A DNA stretch of 63,973 nucleotides, filler included, from Licmophora abbreviata (GCA_900291995.1; 18 parts of 18 records of this genome joined end to end with filler, not necessarily neighbours in it); one strand, 5' to 3'; counted from the first letter of the whole stretch, positions 34,959 to 46,831 are shown. Translations and numbers: made by a program. Notes: generated by a model not told the origin, from the letters alone.

Positions 34959-35375
34959 ACATAGTTCTCGATGCCATCGCGATCGAGCCAATCGAGTCAG
35001 TCCGTCTGTCCCCCGTTGCCAACGGGATCCGGGAATGGGAGGACTGACAGACGTTGAAATCTTTGTGAAATCTGAAATCTGAAATCTTGGGNNNNNNNNN
35101 NNNNNNNNNNNNNNNNNNNNNNNNNNNNNNNNNNNTTAATTAATTAANNNNNNNNNNNNNNNNNNNNNNNNNNNNNNNNNNNNNNNNNNNNAAATCTTTG
35201 TGAAATCTGAAATCTGAAATCTTGGGAGCTTTGTAATCACATGCACCGACCATGCGATACATGGCGATGACAACGACGCCAGCAAACGCTGCTGTTTTGT
35301 TCTGATCTCTGTTGGTTCGATATTATCACTCGGCTGCAAACGGAGTTACACACGCACCAAGATACCGTCTGAAAC

Positions 35376-38300
35376 ATGCCTACACCTGCAGAACTGGCCA
35401 TGACGCAGCTAGACGCGGACGAAGCCACTCCACTCTTGTCATCATCGAGAGCGGAGGATGCAATCGTCACTTCTTCATCATCACGCCGCCAAGCTCTGTT
35501 TGACTTTCTCGAAGCCAAAACAGACGCTGGCAGACTGTACGAATCATTCACCGTCATCCTGATTCTCGTCAACATTGCAGCTTTCATTTTGGCTTCCCTC
35601 TTTGTCGAAGACTACAATGGCCATGTCACGTGGGCATCTCGTGAACATGGCATTTGTCAAAAGACATGCGATGCTCTTTGGTTTGGAAACTACAGTGACA
35701 ACGGCCTTGAATTTCTTAATTTGGGAACCACGAGTCTTTTGGAAATTCTCACGGTCTTCATCTTTACGATCGACTACCTGCTCCGCGTCTACACGGCCGA
35801 CTTGTTGGATAGCAACTACGCGGGTATAGTCGGTCGCATCCTCTTTCTCCCCACCTTTTATTCCCTCGTGGATCTCGCTTCGACAGTACCATTCTACATT
35901 GACGCTTTTGTCTTGCGCACTCGGACCTCTTCGCTTCCCAGTTTCTCCGTATGTTTCGACTCTTTAGAATGATGCGCGTTGAGGGTCGATACGATACGGC
36001 CCTTCCATGTTTGACGATATCATTGTCCGGCAGAAAGGGATTTTGGGAACGGCACTCTTTGTCGGAGTCACTACATGGATGACCGTATCCGCACTCTATT
36101 ATCTAGTGGAACGACGCAATACCAGCATGATTTATTGTGGAGCTGCTCCTGACTATTGTGGTGGAGGCGATGACATTGACGTATCTCTCTGTACGTTGGA
36201 TGCGTGGGGACTTGCCGACTGCAGTGCGGCGGGATGCCCCTCCACGGCCGACTTTCCAGAGCCGTGCTACAACCTGTTTCAGAGTATCCCCATGGCATCC
36301 TACTATGCACTCTTGAATCTCTTTGGAGAATTTCCCTTGATTGACCAACACAATGTCGGAGGCAAGATTGTGGGGACGCTCACGGCAGTTGTGGCAGTGG
36401 CGGTCTTTGCACTGCCAGCAGGCATTATTGGAAACGGCTTTGAAGATTTGATTGAAGAACGACGGGAACTAGAAGGCAACAACTCCACACAAGAAGAAGA
36501 AGAACAACAACAACAGGAGGGCGGCATGACGCCCATGCATGTGGGCGACACTGGGACGCGGCGGGGCAGGTGGTATAACTTTCTGCATCAACAAACGGCA
36601 TTTGGGAGTATAACGTTCGATCTCTTCATCAATGGNNNNNNNNNNNNNNNNNNNNNNNNNNNNNNNNNNNNNNNNNNNNTTAATTAATTAANNNNNNNNN
36701 NNNNNNNNNNNNNNNNNNNNNNNNNNNNNNNNNNNCGACATTTGGGAGTATAACGTTCGACTCTTCATCAATGGATTGATTTTGGGAACTGCGTTGACCT
36801 TCATGTTGGATACCGTGAGTCTGGTGGGTCCTGCAGTCCACGTCGTATTGGATGCCTTTGAGTTTGTCGCCGTTTGCATCTTTACGGTTGAATACGTTTC
36901 CCGCGTCTACGCCGCCACGGAGGATCCCAAATACAGTGGGCCGGGAGGCTATATACGGTACATGGGAACTTTTCTACCGATTGTCGATGCGTTGACGGTG
37001 GCTCCCTATTGGATGTACGTTCTGTGGACGGGTACAATTGTATCTAGCATGGCGGATACATCCAATGCGTTTGGAACGATTGTCAAGTGTCTGCGACTTC
37101 TTCGTCTGTTGCGTTTTGAGCGATACACGCACGCCTTTACATCATTTGACGATGTCATTCGACGCAATGTGGATGTCCTGGCTGTGACGGGTTTTACGGC
37201 ACTCTTGTTTTGGGTATTCTTCGGAGCTCTCTTGTACTTTACGGAACGGGACAACCCCGATTCGGAAATGGCTAGCAACTACAACACGGTACCCAACAGC
37301 ATGTGGATTACATTGTTGAACCTCACGGGGGAGTGTCCACTGTCGCAGTACAGCCTGTGGGGCAAGATAACGACCGGTCTTCTCGGACTTTTTGCAACGG
37401 GATTGTTTGGTATACCGATCGGTGTGTTGGGTGCTGGTTTCGAAGAGATTGTCGAAGAAGAAACAGAAGATACTCCAGACGAAGTCGACGCTGTGCAGGA
37501 AAGAACGAGAGTGTCGAGCTTCCGGGGACGTCTATGGAACAGAAAGCGTATCGGTTTGTCAATGGGCTTGGAGGGCGGCCCTCTGTCATTTTCGAATTTA
37601 CCATCTACGGTCTCATTATGCTTTCCGTAGCAATCGGTATTTGGCAGACGGTCGAAGGGCAAGAAGAGACGCTGCACGAAGTGGAGTGGATCGCTGTGGT
37701 AGTATTCACTGCTGAGTACTTGATTCGCTTCGTTGGAGCTGGTGCCGATCCTGCCTTTCGAAAGGCGAACAGCGGCTTCTCCAGTCGCTTGCGCTACGTT
37801 GCGTCTTTCTACTCCATTATTGATCTCTTGGCCATCCTTCCCTTCTACGTGGCCTACGCTTTACCAAACTCGTGGGTTAACGAGTACGATGAGTATCTCC
37901 GCATGTTGCGACTCTTGCGTCTTTTCAAATTGGACAAGTATATTCCCAGTATTTCTCTTATCGACGATGTCCTTCGGCTCAAGAAGAATGCCCTAATTGT
38001 AGCCTGTTTTGCAGCTGCAACCCTGTGGGTTCTCTTTTCAGGGCTTATATTCTTGACGGAGCACAAGGACAACGTGAATGGAATCGACAATGTACCACTA
38101 TACGGGTGCAACTCGGATTGTACAATGATGGATCGATTCCAGAATTTCTTTGACAGTTCCGTCTACACGGGCATCCATTTGACGGGAGACTTTCCCATCA
38201 CGACGTACACGTGGCCAGCTCGCTTTGTTTGCTTCTTCATGGTCATTGCAGCTGTCGGTGTCATGGCAGTTCCTTCCGGTCTGATCGCGAATGGCTTTGT

Positions 38301-39514
38301 TACCATTGTCCAGAGCAAACAAAAGGTCAAACGAGGACTCCCTCCCGGAAGTCGCGAGGGAGACGACTGGTACGAGATTTCATTTCGGGAGCTGGAAGGG
38401 CAGGACGCGCCGCTCTCTCCATTCGGACCGACGGTGGATAGGTGGCAAGAAGCTGTGAACATCTTTCTCAATGGTACCGAGGACGAACATGGCGTCACAC
38501 ATTGGACGATCTTCTCCAAGACGGGTCGAATTTTTATCTTTACCGTCATTATCTCCAATATTGTGGCTGTCCTGGCCGAAAGCATCCCGACCGTCGATCG
38601 CGCGATTGGCAACGAACGCGGAAACATCTTTGACACCTTTGAGGCATTCAGCGTGTCGGTCTTTCTCGTGGAGTACATTCTGCGTTTGTTTTGCGCTCCC
38701 AAGAACCGCCAGGCTCTCTACTCCACCTTTACGTACGCAACGACATTCTTTGGCATTGTCGACTTTCTATCGACCGCCCCGTGGTTTATCGAAAAGGGTC
38801 TAATCATGGCGGGTCTATTGGACGAGCGCGGCGATGCCATCACCATCTTTCGCATGTTCCGTATATTCCGTATCTTGCAACTGGAAGACTTTGTCGTTGC
38901 CTTTAGCAAACTGGACAATGTCTTTCGGGCCTCCAAGGATGTGTTGAAGGCAACGGGTTTGATGGCAGCCATTATCTGGATCGGGTGCGGTGCCTTGTTT
39001 TTCATCGTGGAACAAGACAATCCCAACTGGCGCTCGTGTGACTTGTCGGTTCCATTGTATTCGGACGACGATGTGCCGGGATGCTACGAGTTTACCAGTA
39101 CCGCTGCTTGCAACGATGTCTATCCCGGACTGTGCGAACAGAGGGCGTTCACGAGTATGCCGAATGCATTGTGTAAGTGGAACATGTTGTTGTTGTTGTT
39201 GTTGTCCTGTAGTGATATGGATGGAAGCAATTTCGGCTTGTTTTGAAATTGTATTCTCACAGTATGATTCGTCGTTTTGTATATATTATGATTCTCCTGC
39301 TATAGACTACGTGGCCGTCTTTCTCGGTGGTGAATGGGGCCTTGTCGATTTCACATGGCCTGGACGGATGGTATGCTTGTTCTTGTGCGTGGCGGGCATT
39401 GCCATTTACGCCATTCCAATTGGTACACTCTTTGATAGCTTCGGAGCCGTCTTGGGAATGGGAGATGACGAAGAAGAAGAAGAAGAGACTACGAAGGTTG
39501 AAAGTAAGCAATAA
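35376..39514 (+). CDS. Four-repeat (4x6TM) voltage-gated-like cation channel with Kv-like repeats and non-GYG acidic filters
   Basis: Four S1-S6 units. S4: RMFRLFRMMR, RLLRLLRFER, RMLRLLRLFK, RMFRIFRILQ. Pore loops: LNLFGEFP, LNLTGECP, IHLTGDFP, VFLGGEWG. Intron 39173-39305; 1-bp shifts at ~35919, ~36004, ~37501; overlapping flanks bridge spacer 36636-36735. Confidence 0.82.
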
Positions 39515-39963
39515 TAAGGTGGGAGGGTACTATAGTCTTGTTTGTCAGGGTGGACGGGGTGGGATCCATCATCATGTGGTGATGTATGTAGTAAGTAGTA
39601 ATGACGTGCCCTCCCCTCCCCCTTCCTGTAAAGCTATTGAAACTAGCATCAGTAAAGGTTTGTAGGATCCAATAGAATCGGAGCGCAAAGTATGAAAGTG
39701 TTGCGACGAGACGACAAAGAACGAAACTAACTAGGAGCAGTTGTTTAGAATCGGTGTTTCCCAGGAACACTCGTGTGACAAACACACGCGAGCTCTCTGC
39801 GTTTCTGCGACCGCTTGAAACACACGGTGGCGTCAAGACATCATCGCATCGCAGCACCACACCATCCCAGAACGCCTATACAAACACACGGAGAGGCAAC
39901 GATGAAACCTTGCAGAGCGGCCGCCACCACCACATAGGAGACGCACCACCAGCCCCTACCAGG

Positions 39964-41874
39964 ATGACTCTCAATGCCCCCACTCTGGCCTCGTCTTCTT
40001 CTTCTTCTTCTTCTTCCGTCGCAGTGCTGTACATTGCCTGGCGCGTCGCCTGGTCCAATCGAATGCCATTCTTGGACTGCGACGAAGTGTACAATTACTG
40101 GGAGCCGCTGCACTACCTTCATTACTCGAGTGGCATGCAAACGTGGGAGTATGCTCCCGACTTTGCCCTTCGAACCTACGCTTACCTGCTCCCAATGAGG
40201 ATACTGTCGGGACTCTACGAGTGGCTTGTTGCAACACTGCTATCATCATTTTCAAAGGGCAACCACAGCAGCTGCACACTCCTATTGCGACTCCTATATA
40301 CCTCACTGATGCCCCTCACGACGACCGCAGAAGCAGCTACTACTTCAATCCTACACGACGACAACACTCACAAGCTCCTTGTCTTTGGAATGCTCCGAGG
40401 GACACTTGCGGCGCTCTGCGCCATTTCCGAATTGCGTTTCATCCGAGCCATTGATCGTACCACCACCACCAATAACAAGAACGGTAACACATCAACAACA
40501 ACTACTCCTAGTGCCATGTCTGTGGCACTGCACTTGGTCTTTTTGACGTGCACTGGCATGACGCATGCGGCAGGTGCCTACTTGCCCAGCAGCTCGGTCA
40601 TGATGGTCTACATGCTCTGCGTCGATGCCTATCTGAACACTGCCGTGTGGAGATTTGTCCTACTGGCGATTCTTGCAACCTTGGCAATTGGATGGCCCTT
40701 TGGAGTGATTGTCTTTGTACCCATGGGACTTCATATTGTGTACTTGGTGTCGTGTGCCAAGAATCCATACTTGCCTCTGTGGAAGCTGTTGAGTGGTATA
40801 CTGCTAATGACGGTCGCTGTGCAGAGCATGGTCATGTGTGTGGATCGTCATTACTACAATGACGACACTTCCAATCCTCCTCCTGCTCCGCCGAGATGGC
40901 TCTCTCCCACGCTCCATATCTTTCTCTACAATGCCAAGAGCGGGGGAGACGAACTCTATGGGGTCGAACCACTCTCCTATTACATCAAGAACATTCTACT
41001 CAATTTCAATTACCTTGGCATCATTGGAATTGGACTCGGATTGCCCGTGGCCTTCGTGTTGCGGCTCTTGCCCACAAAGAATGGGGCACCCTACACTACA
41101 CACTACCTCGTGAGCATTGTCGCACCGCTCTACCTGTGGTGGAGCGTGGTGGGACCCAGACCTCACAAGGAAGAGCGATTCCTCTTTCCCATTTATCCTG
41201 CCATTCTGACGAGTGCAACATTTACTGTGCGGGCATTGTGGGAAATGATAATGACCGTGGCGATGGGAGGAACGGCGACTGTGACGACGCGTCGTGCAAA
41301 CAACAGATATGCTTTGCTTCGCAAGTACGGATGGATACTCTTGTTGCTGCCATCGTGTGGTATATCCCTACTTCGATCCATGGCATTGTCCAAGTATTAT
41401 ACCGCTCCGTTGCTCGTGTATGCCCAATTGCCACCACGGACGACAGAGTTGATGGAGAAGACCACCACCCAAACCACACTGCTGGTCTGTACGTGCGGTG
41501 AATGGTATCGATTCCCATCGAGTTATGCGCTTCCGGACAACAAGTACGAACTTGGCTTTCTCCCATCGAGCTTTCGAGGACAATTGCCCAAGTCGTTTGG
41601 ACGACCCGGCACCTTCAACGATGAGAATCGCGAAGAAGTTGATCGTTACGTGAACTACAGCGACTGCGACTATATGGTGCGACTGGACAGTGCCGAGGAT
41701 TGTGCGGCGCCCTTGTCGGACTGGAAGGTACTAGCACAAGAGGCCTTTTTGGATGCATCGCGCACAACGTCGACCCTGCATCGCATCCTGTATGTGCCGT
41801 ATTTTCACGAGCGAGCGGTAGAACGAGGGGATGTAACGTACGACTCGTACGTTCTTCTGGAACGTAAGCGATAG
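39964..41874 (+). CDS. ALG9: Dol-P-Man alpha-1,2-mannosyltransferase (GT22)
   Basis: DCDEVYNYWEPLH, QTWEYAPDFALR, LPSS, PHKEERFLFPIYP, EWYRFPSSY, FRGQLP, FNDEN.EE.DRY. Confidence 0.92.
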   Translation: MTLNAPTLASSSSSSSSSVAVLYIAWRVAWSNRMPFLDCDEVYNYWEPLHYLHYSSGMQTWEYAPDFALRTYAYLLPMRILSGLYEWLVATLLSSFSKGNHSSCTLLLRLLYTSLMPLTTTAEAATTSILHDDNTHKLLVFGMLRGTLAALCAISELRFIRAIDRTTTTNNKNGNTSTTTTPSAMSVALHLVFLTCTGMTHAAGAYLPSSSVMMVYMLCVDAYLNTAVWRFVLLAILATLAIGWPFGVIVFVPMGLHIVYLVSCAKNPYLPLWKLLSGILLMTVAVQSMVMCVDRHYYNDDTSNPPPAPPRWLSPTLHIFLYNAKSGGDELYGVEPLSYYIKNILLNFNYLGIIGIGLGLPVAFVLRLLPTKNGAPYTTHYLVSIVAPLYLWWSVVGPRPHKEERFLFPIYPAILTSATFTVRALWEMIMTVAMGGTATVTTRRANNRYALLRKYGWILLLLPSCGISLLRSMALSKYYTAPLLVYAQLPPRTTELMEKTTTQTTLLVCTCGEWYRFPSSYALPDNKYELGFLPSSFRGQLPKSFGRPGTFNDENREEVDRYVNYSDCDYMVRLDSAEDCAAPLSDWKVLAQEAFLDASRTTSTLHRILYVPYFHERAVERGDVTYDSYVLLERKR

Positions 41875-41990
41875 CAGTTCCGTAAGACTACTACTACTAG
41901 TGTGTTGTGATCCTAGAATAATAGAGAACTCAATGAATGGTAATAGTAGGACTACAGCACTACATGTCCGTAAAGTGTCTACCCTTTCAT

Positions 41991-43463
41991 TCAACTCCAC
42001 AGTGCCGAATTGGTAGCGTCTTGCTCGTCGTCAACATTATCGTTCGCAGGCGCATTCCCAAGGTTAAGTATACTCGAAAGCATCACCATCCCACTGCTGT
42101 CTTGTTTCGCGTCGGGCTGCACCTCCATATCACGGCCTGTACCGTCCACGGAGGGACTCTCTTGCTCGACCGGAGAAGACGACTCTACGAAAGGTTCCTC
42201 CTCACTCGTCTGATCCTCGTCCTCCTCCTCCTGAGTCAACTTGAGACTTTCCCGTCGCCCCACTTCCAGCATGTAATCCAAGCCTTCTTCCGTCACCAGC
42301 CCTCCACGTCCTCGTTCGATATACTCCTTATCCCATTCACGTTCCAACCGCCGTCGTTTCGAAATCTTCAGCATGCCAAACCACAAGACAAGAGTCAATG
42401 CCAACATGACAACCCCCGCCACACGCAAGGCATGCAAGGGATCAGGATCCAATTCTTGCGTGTAACCGCTTTGCACACCATCTTCTTGTTCATTTCCCAT
42501 TGCCCCGTAGGTTTCGACTTCTCGTCCGACTGGACTGCTCTCGTACGGTTCCGGCCAGTCGGCGTGAAGCGTGGCATCTTGAATTTCCGCCGACAATGCC
42601 AACTGTGCGACACTCTGAAACATCCTCAAACCCTCGTCTGTCAATTCCTCTTCTGACATAGTACCACCGCCATTCTGCAATGCCGTCTGCCAATAGACCT
42701 CTCCCACTTGCAAGACTGGATAATAGACCGTCCATTCGGTCCATGTCAACAATTCGCTGTTGTTGTCTACTACAGTGAGTCGTGCAGTCGATAGGACAAT
42801 GCTGTCTTCTTGAAAGACATTGAGACGGCGCCGTGCCGTGCAATAGTTGGGAGCGTTCGGATCGGCGTCCGTCACGACGCGAACATTCATTTCCTTGCAC
42901 AGCATGGCCACAAGACTTCCCAAGACGGCTTGCGTCACGGCGGGAGCACGGCCTTCGAGAATGTCAGCAGCAGTAGTAGTAGCAGTAGTAGTAGAAGAAG
43001 AAGAGGTATCGACAACACTGAGAGTAAGAATCAAGTTTCCAACGCTTCCTGGGAGTGGACCGAAGGAGGGGGCGTTCGTGGGAGCGCTGGTGGAAGGAGG
43101 CATTGTGAGCGTAGGAGTCAGACTGGGTTGATCTGTCGAAGGGCTCAGACTGGGTTGTTCTGTCGGTGCTGTGGAAGGAGCCTTGGTCGGGGCTCGAGTA
43201 GAAGGAGAGAAGGACGGAGTGGAAGATGGGGCAGTGGTGGGAGAGTCGGGTTGGTTCTTGCCGTCTTCCTTGTCCTGTCCCAATCTTCGTCTTCTTGTGC
43301 GTGACGGTGTTGATGGGGCTGGCATTACCATCCGTCTTGGGTTCAAGGGATCTCCTGTTATAGCTGCTGCTGCCGTACAAGATACCGAACTGAAACACAG
43401 TAGCAAGAGTAGGAGCATGGACGAAACTGCGGATGCACTTCCAATCGTCGTCTTGCATAGCAT
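41991..43463 (-). CDS. Type I membrane/cell-surface protein with P/T/S-rich (PTxAPS) stalk
   Basis: Signal peptide (MLLLLLLCFSSVSC), PTTAPSSTPSFSPST-type repeats, single TM VAGVVMLALTLVLWFGML, acidic tail. Confidence 0.75.
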   Translation of the reverse strand: MLCKTTIGSASAVSSMLLLLLLCFSSVSCTAAAAITGDPLNPRRMVMPAPSTPSRTRRRRLGQDKEDGKNQPDSPTTAPSSTPSFSPSTRAPTKAPSTAPTEQPSLSPSTDQPSLTPTLTMPPSTSAPTNAPSFGPLPGSVGNLILTLSVVDTSSSSTTTATTTAADILEGRAPAVTQAVLGSLVAMLCKEMNVRVVTDADPNAPNYCTARRRLNVFQEDSIVLSTARLTVVDNNSELLTWTEWTVYYPVLQVGEVYWQTALQNGGGTMSEEELTDEGLRMFQSVAQLALSAEIQDATLHADWPEPYESSPVGREVETYGAMGNEQEDGVQSGYTQELDPDPLHALRVAGVVMLALTLVLWFGMLKISKRRRLEREWDKEYIERGRGGLVTEEGLDYMLEVGRRESLKLTQEEEDEDQTSEEEPFVESSSPVEQESPSVDGTGRDMEVQPDAKQDSSGMVMLSSILNLGNAPANDNVDDEQDATNSALWS

Positions 43464-44927
43464 GCCTGCTGTTGCTCTCGATGATGGCTCTCGCCTCCGT
43501 CCAGGCCGACATTCCGAATACACGCGCGGCATTTCTGGAAGACTGCGATGAATTTATCGATAGACACAGAAAGGACGACGACGACGACAACACCAACAGT
43601 CTCTCTCAATGTCGTGCCTATAGGGTATGATATAAGAAAATAACAGATCCACGGCTTCGCGTTGTTGTTGTGATGATGGTGCTGGAAAACCCAATCCACC
43701 TAAATCTCATCTCGAGAATGTATGTTCGGCACACTTGCTTTCGACCGTTGAGAAGATGAAATATGTGGTCAGACATGAGGAGGAGGATACTGGATGCGGA
43801 CGCGCGCCTGCGCAGAATGACATTCCTGTGTTTAGAAAGAGTGAGTCGAATGATTCCTGAGATTCAGTCGATTNNNNNNNNNNNNNNNNNNNNNNNNNNN
43901 NNNNNNNNNNNNNNNNNTTAATTAATTAANNNNNNNNNNNNNNNNNNNNNNNNNNNNNNNNNNNNNNNNNNNNCCATCCTCTTCTATCTCTATACGATCA
44001 ATTATGACAGTCATCTTGTATTCATGCCATGGTCGAGTCGCATACGGCCGTCTCATGCTCACCTTGGTGATGTTGTGTCGCGGTGTGTGCGGCTGCAGTG
44101 CGCACGCAACCTTCGTAGTAACGCGGTAATCAGTAATCGTCTGTCTGGCCTCGTTGAGGAAGGTTGCCCGGCTCTCTCCCTACAAATTGAACGCGTCCTC
44201 ACGCGTAGAAATTTGGATAAAATGTATAGCGTTTTGTGTGGCGCGCGCTTTCCGACTGTGTTGATCACGGCTGCGTCGATCCATCTAAATCGCGGTCACA
44301 CTGCCACTCGTCGCAGACCAGCTTGTTGGGGACATTACTCGTGGAGACATAACACGGCAATGTATTGGAGTCATGACAGCAAACGCATTAGGTATTCCAC
44401 AAGGAGGACTGCGGTTGGCGACGGTATTTTCATTTCGATCAAACGATTTTCTGAAATTATGAACCAGTCCGTCGCCTGTTTTCTGTGTTGGATCGCTCGC
44501 TATCTTTGCCACATTTCTCGTCGTACGATGCCGGTATATTATCACAGCGCGCTCTGAAAATGCAGTTTTGCTACAGAAGGTCAAGGATATAGTCCTTTCG
44601 TGTCAAGGAACTACCACTTCAGAATGAGTTTCTTTTGGCGGAAGTCGAAATGTATCGCTGCGAGAAGTTCCAAAAAGTACAAATAGAAGCAGTGTCTCGG
44701 CTTCAGCTACAAGTGATGCGATAGCAACAAAAGCGCATAGGGAGGATAATGTCGGACAAGACGTCTTTATGCGATCAGGAAATGGAGTGAGTGATGTTTC
44801 GTTTGTGATGGATATGTTCACTGATGATGGGATGATGGATCGAACGCGATAAGCTCACCCGCCCTTCTTTCTGTGTACCAATACACCTTTCCGAAACTGC
44901 CGTCACATTGTCACGTTTGCACTACAG

Positions 44928-45359
44928 GTCGCATCCCCTTTGCTGCACTTGGAATATGCAAGGTACGTCGTTGGAAACTTGTCCCTGGCCTATTGGGGGC
45001 CCGCTTTGGCACCGGTCGTTGGAGCGACTCAGACTGCGGCGGATCAAACGGCATGGGTCGATTGTCACGCGCCGGTGACTTGTACTGCCTTTTCGAATGC
45101 TGCTACAACGCTACCGAACGACGACTTGTTGGTCGCGGCCGGGTGCACGGACGGATCGGTACATTGGATTGGATACGGACGTGTCGTCGCGACACTACTC
45201 CACGGCGGCAGGTTCGCACAAGGGTTTCCGGAAGCCCTTCAATGCGTGATTGTGTGGATGAGCTTTTGCCATCTGCTGTTGCCCTTGGAACAGCGACGTA
45301 AGCGAGTGGCCGCGTTGGTGAGCTTCTTGAACCAGCCGCGACGTCCTCCGGTCACCTAG
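44928..45359 (+). CDS. Possible terminal exon of a WD40-like protein
   Basis: Acceptor-like CACTACAG at ~44927; HAPVTCTAFS...LLVAAGCTDGSVHWI resembles one WD40 blade; upstream exons not resolved. Confidence 0.3.
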   Translation, partial: VASPLLHLEYARYVVGNLSLAYWGPALAPVVGATQTAADQTAWVDCHAPVTCTAFSNAATTLPNDDLLVAAGCTDGSVHWIGYGRVVATLLHGGRFAQGFPEALQCVIVWMSFCHLLLPLEQRRKRVAALVSFLNQPRRPPVT

Positions 45360-45977
45360 AGAGAGTAGACATCCGTGGCATATGAGATATCAGCACCCGC
45401 ATTCGCTTCACTATCACTCTCTCTCTCTCTCTGGTAATAGCACGCGGTCTTTTTGTATTGCCTTCTTTAGTCTTCTTTTGGACTCTAGATATCATAGTGG
45501 ACTTGTATCTTCGACAGTCCTGTTGGCTCTGACCGTCCATGGGACCTCCACAGGTAGTAGCTAGAAAGAACAAGTACTTATGTACAATTGTTCGGCGGTG
45601 CAAGGTAAAGCATAGTCTTTATCAACTGTTGTCAACATCGCAGCACTGCACTACGGTCCTCGCCGACCATTGCCGTATCCAATGATGCCTATAGTTGCTA
45701 GCGAGACGTGGTTATCATCCCCTCTTATAATTAGAGTAATAAAGAGATTCGCATGTTACGACCAGCACGGTCGCTTCCAGCCTCCCACAGCACTAAAAGT
45801 ATAGTTAGGCGATACGGTATGTATACCTCTGTATAAGGAGCACCGCTGGTCGCATTCCTCTCCACTCTCTTTAGTTCATAGTGTACTCCGATTAGTTTGG
45901 TAGCATATCGCTTACATATTATAAATGGCTCGGCGCATATATCCATCTTATGTGTACATGCACATCATCTCGATCTC

Positions 45978-46459
45978 TCAGGCGTCCTCTTTTTTCCGTT
46001 TCGCTTTCGGAATCATATGTTGTGGACTATAGCGCGGCGGCGGGGGTGGCAAGACACCGAATTTTCCCAATATCCAGCCGACTCGGTCCGACGGCTGCGC
46101 CCCCACGCTGATCCAATACTTCAGTCGATCCGTCTTGAGCCGTATTTCCTTGATACCGTGCTTGTTGGCAATGGGATTGTACGTTCCAAGCTGCAAGAAG
46201 AAGAATGAGGGGCGAGAGGACTGGAGTGATGAGAACAGAGCACGCGACGACGACGAGAGTACAGGAACGACATCCGGGTCATCATGATCTGCAGTGCGGG
46301 CAATCAACACAGAGACGACGCGCGTCGACGCTCTCTCATCCGTTCGCTTACAATTTCTAAAAACTTTCCATCTCTCGGTGCCCGCGAATCGGCAGCTACC
46401 ATTCGATAGAATGGAGAATGCGTCCGTCCGAATCGCTGCAGTCGTAATCGAACCACCAT
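45978..46459 (-). CDS. MRPS16: Mitochondrial ribosomal protein bS16m
   Basis: [42 protein letters not shown]...[13 protein letters not shown]; intron 46191-46351. Confidence 0.93.
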
Positions 46460-46831
46460 GGTCGTCGTGTTTTGTTGTCGTGAGAGATAAAAAAGTGCGA
46501 CATGCAGCGCAGTCGATTTGGAACATTCGTTTCGGTTTCAACATTCCAGATTCCNNNNNNNNNNNNNNNNNNNNNNNNNNNNNNNNNNNNNNNNNNNNTT
46601 AATTAATTAANNNNNNNNNNNNNNNNNNNNNNNNNNNNNNNNNNNNNNNNNNNNATCGAACACCATGGTCGTCGTGTTTTGTTGTCGTGAGAGATAAAAA
46701 AGTGCGACATGTAGCGCCCTCGATTTTCAAATTTGGAACATTCGTGTCGGTTTCAACATTCCAGATTCCATCCAGGATTTTCAGTTTCCCTTCTGCGTTT
46801 TGCTTTCTGGATTTTGAGACGGCCAACGACC

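Noticed and set aside
35068..35088. (AAATCTG)x3 tandem repeated on both sides of a spacer, resembling a telomeric or CRISPR-like repeat
   Set aside because: Only three short units; the second occurrence is the duplicated gap flank.
43974..44900. ORF 44024-44557 and surrounding gene-poor region as a possible mobile element or ncRNA
   Set aside because: The translation is not protein-like, and no terminal repeats, transposase/RT motifs or evident RNA structure were found.
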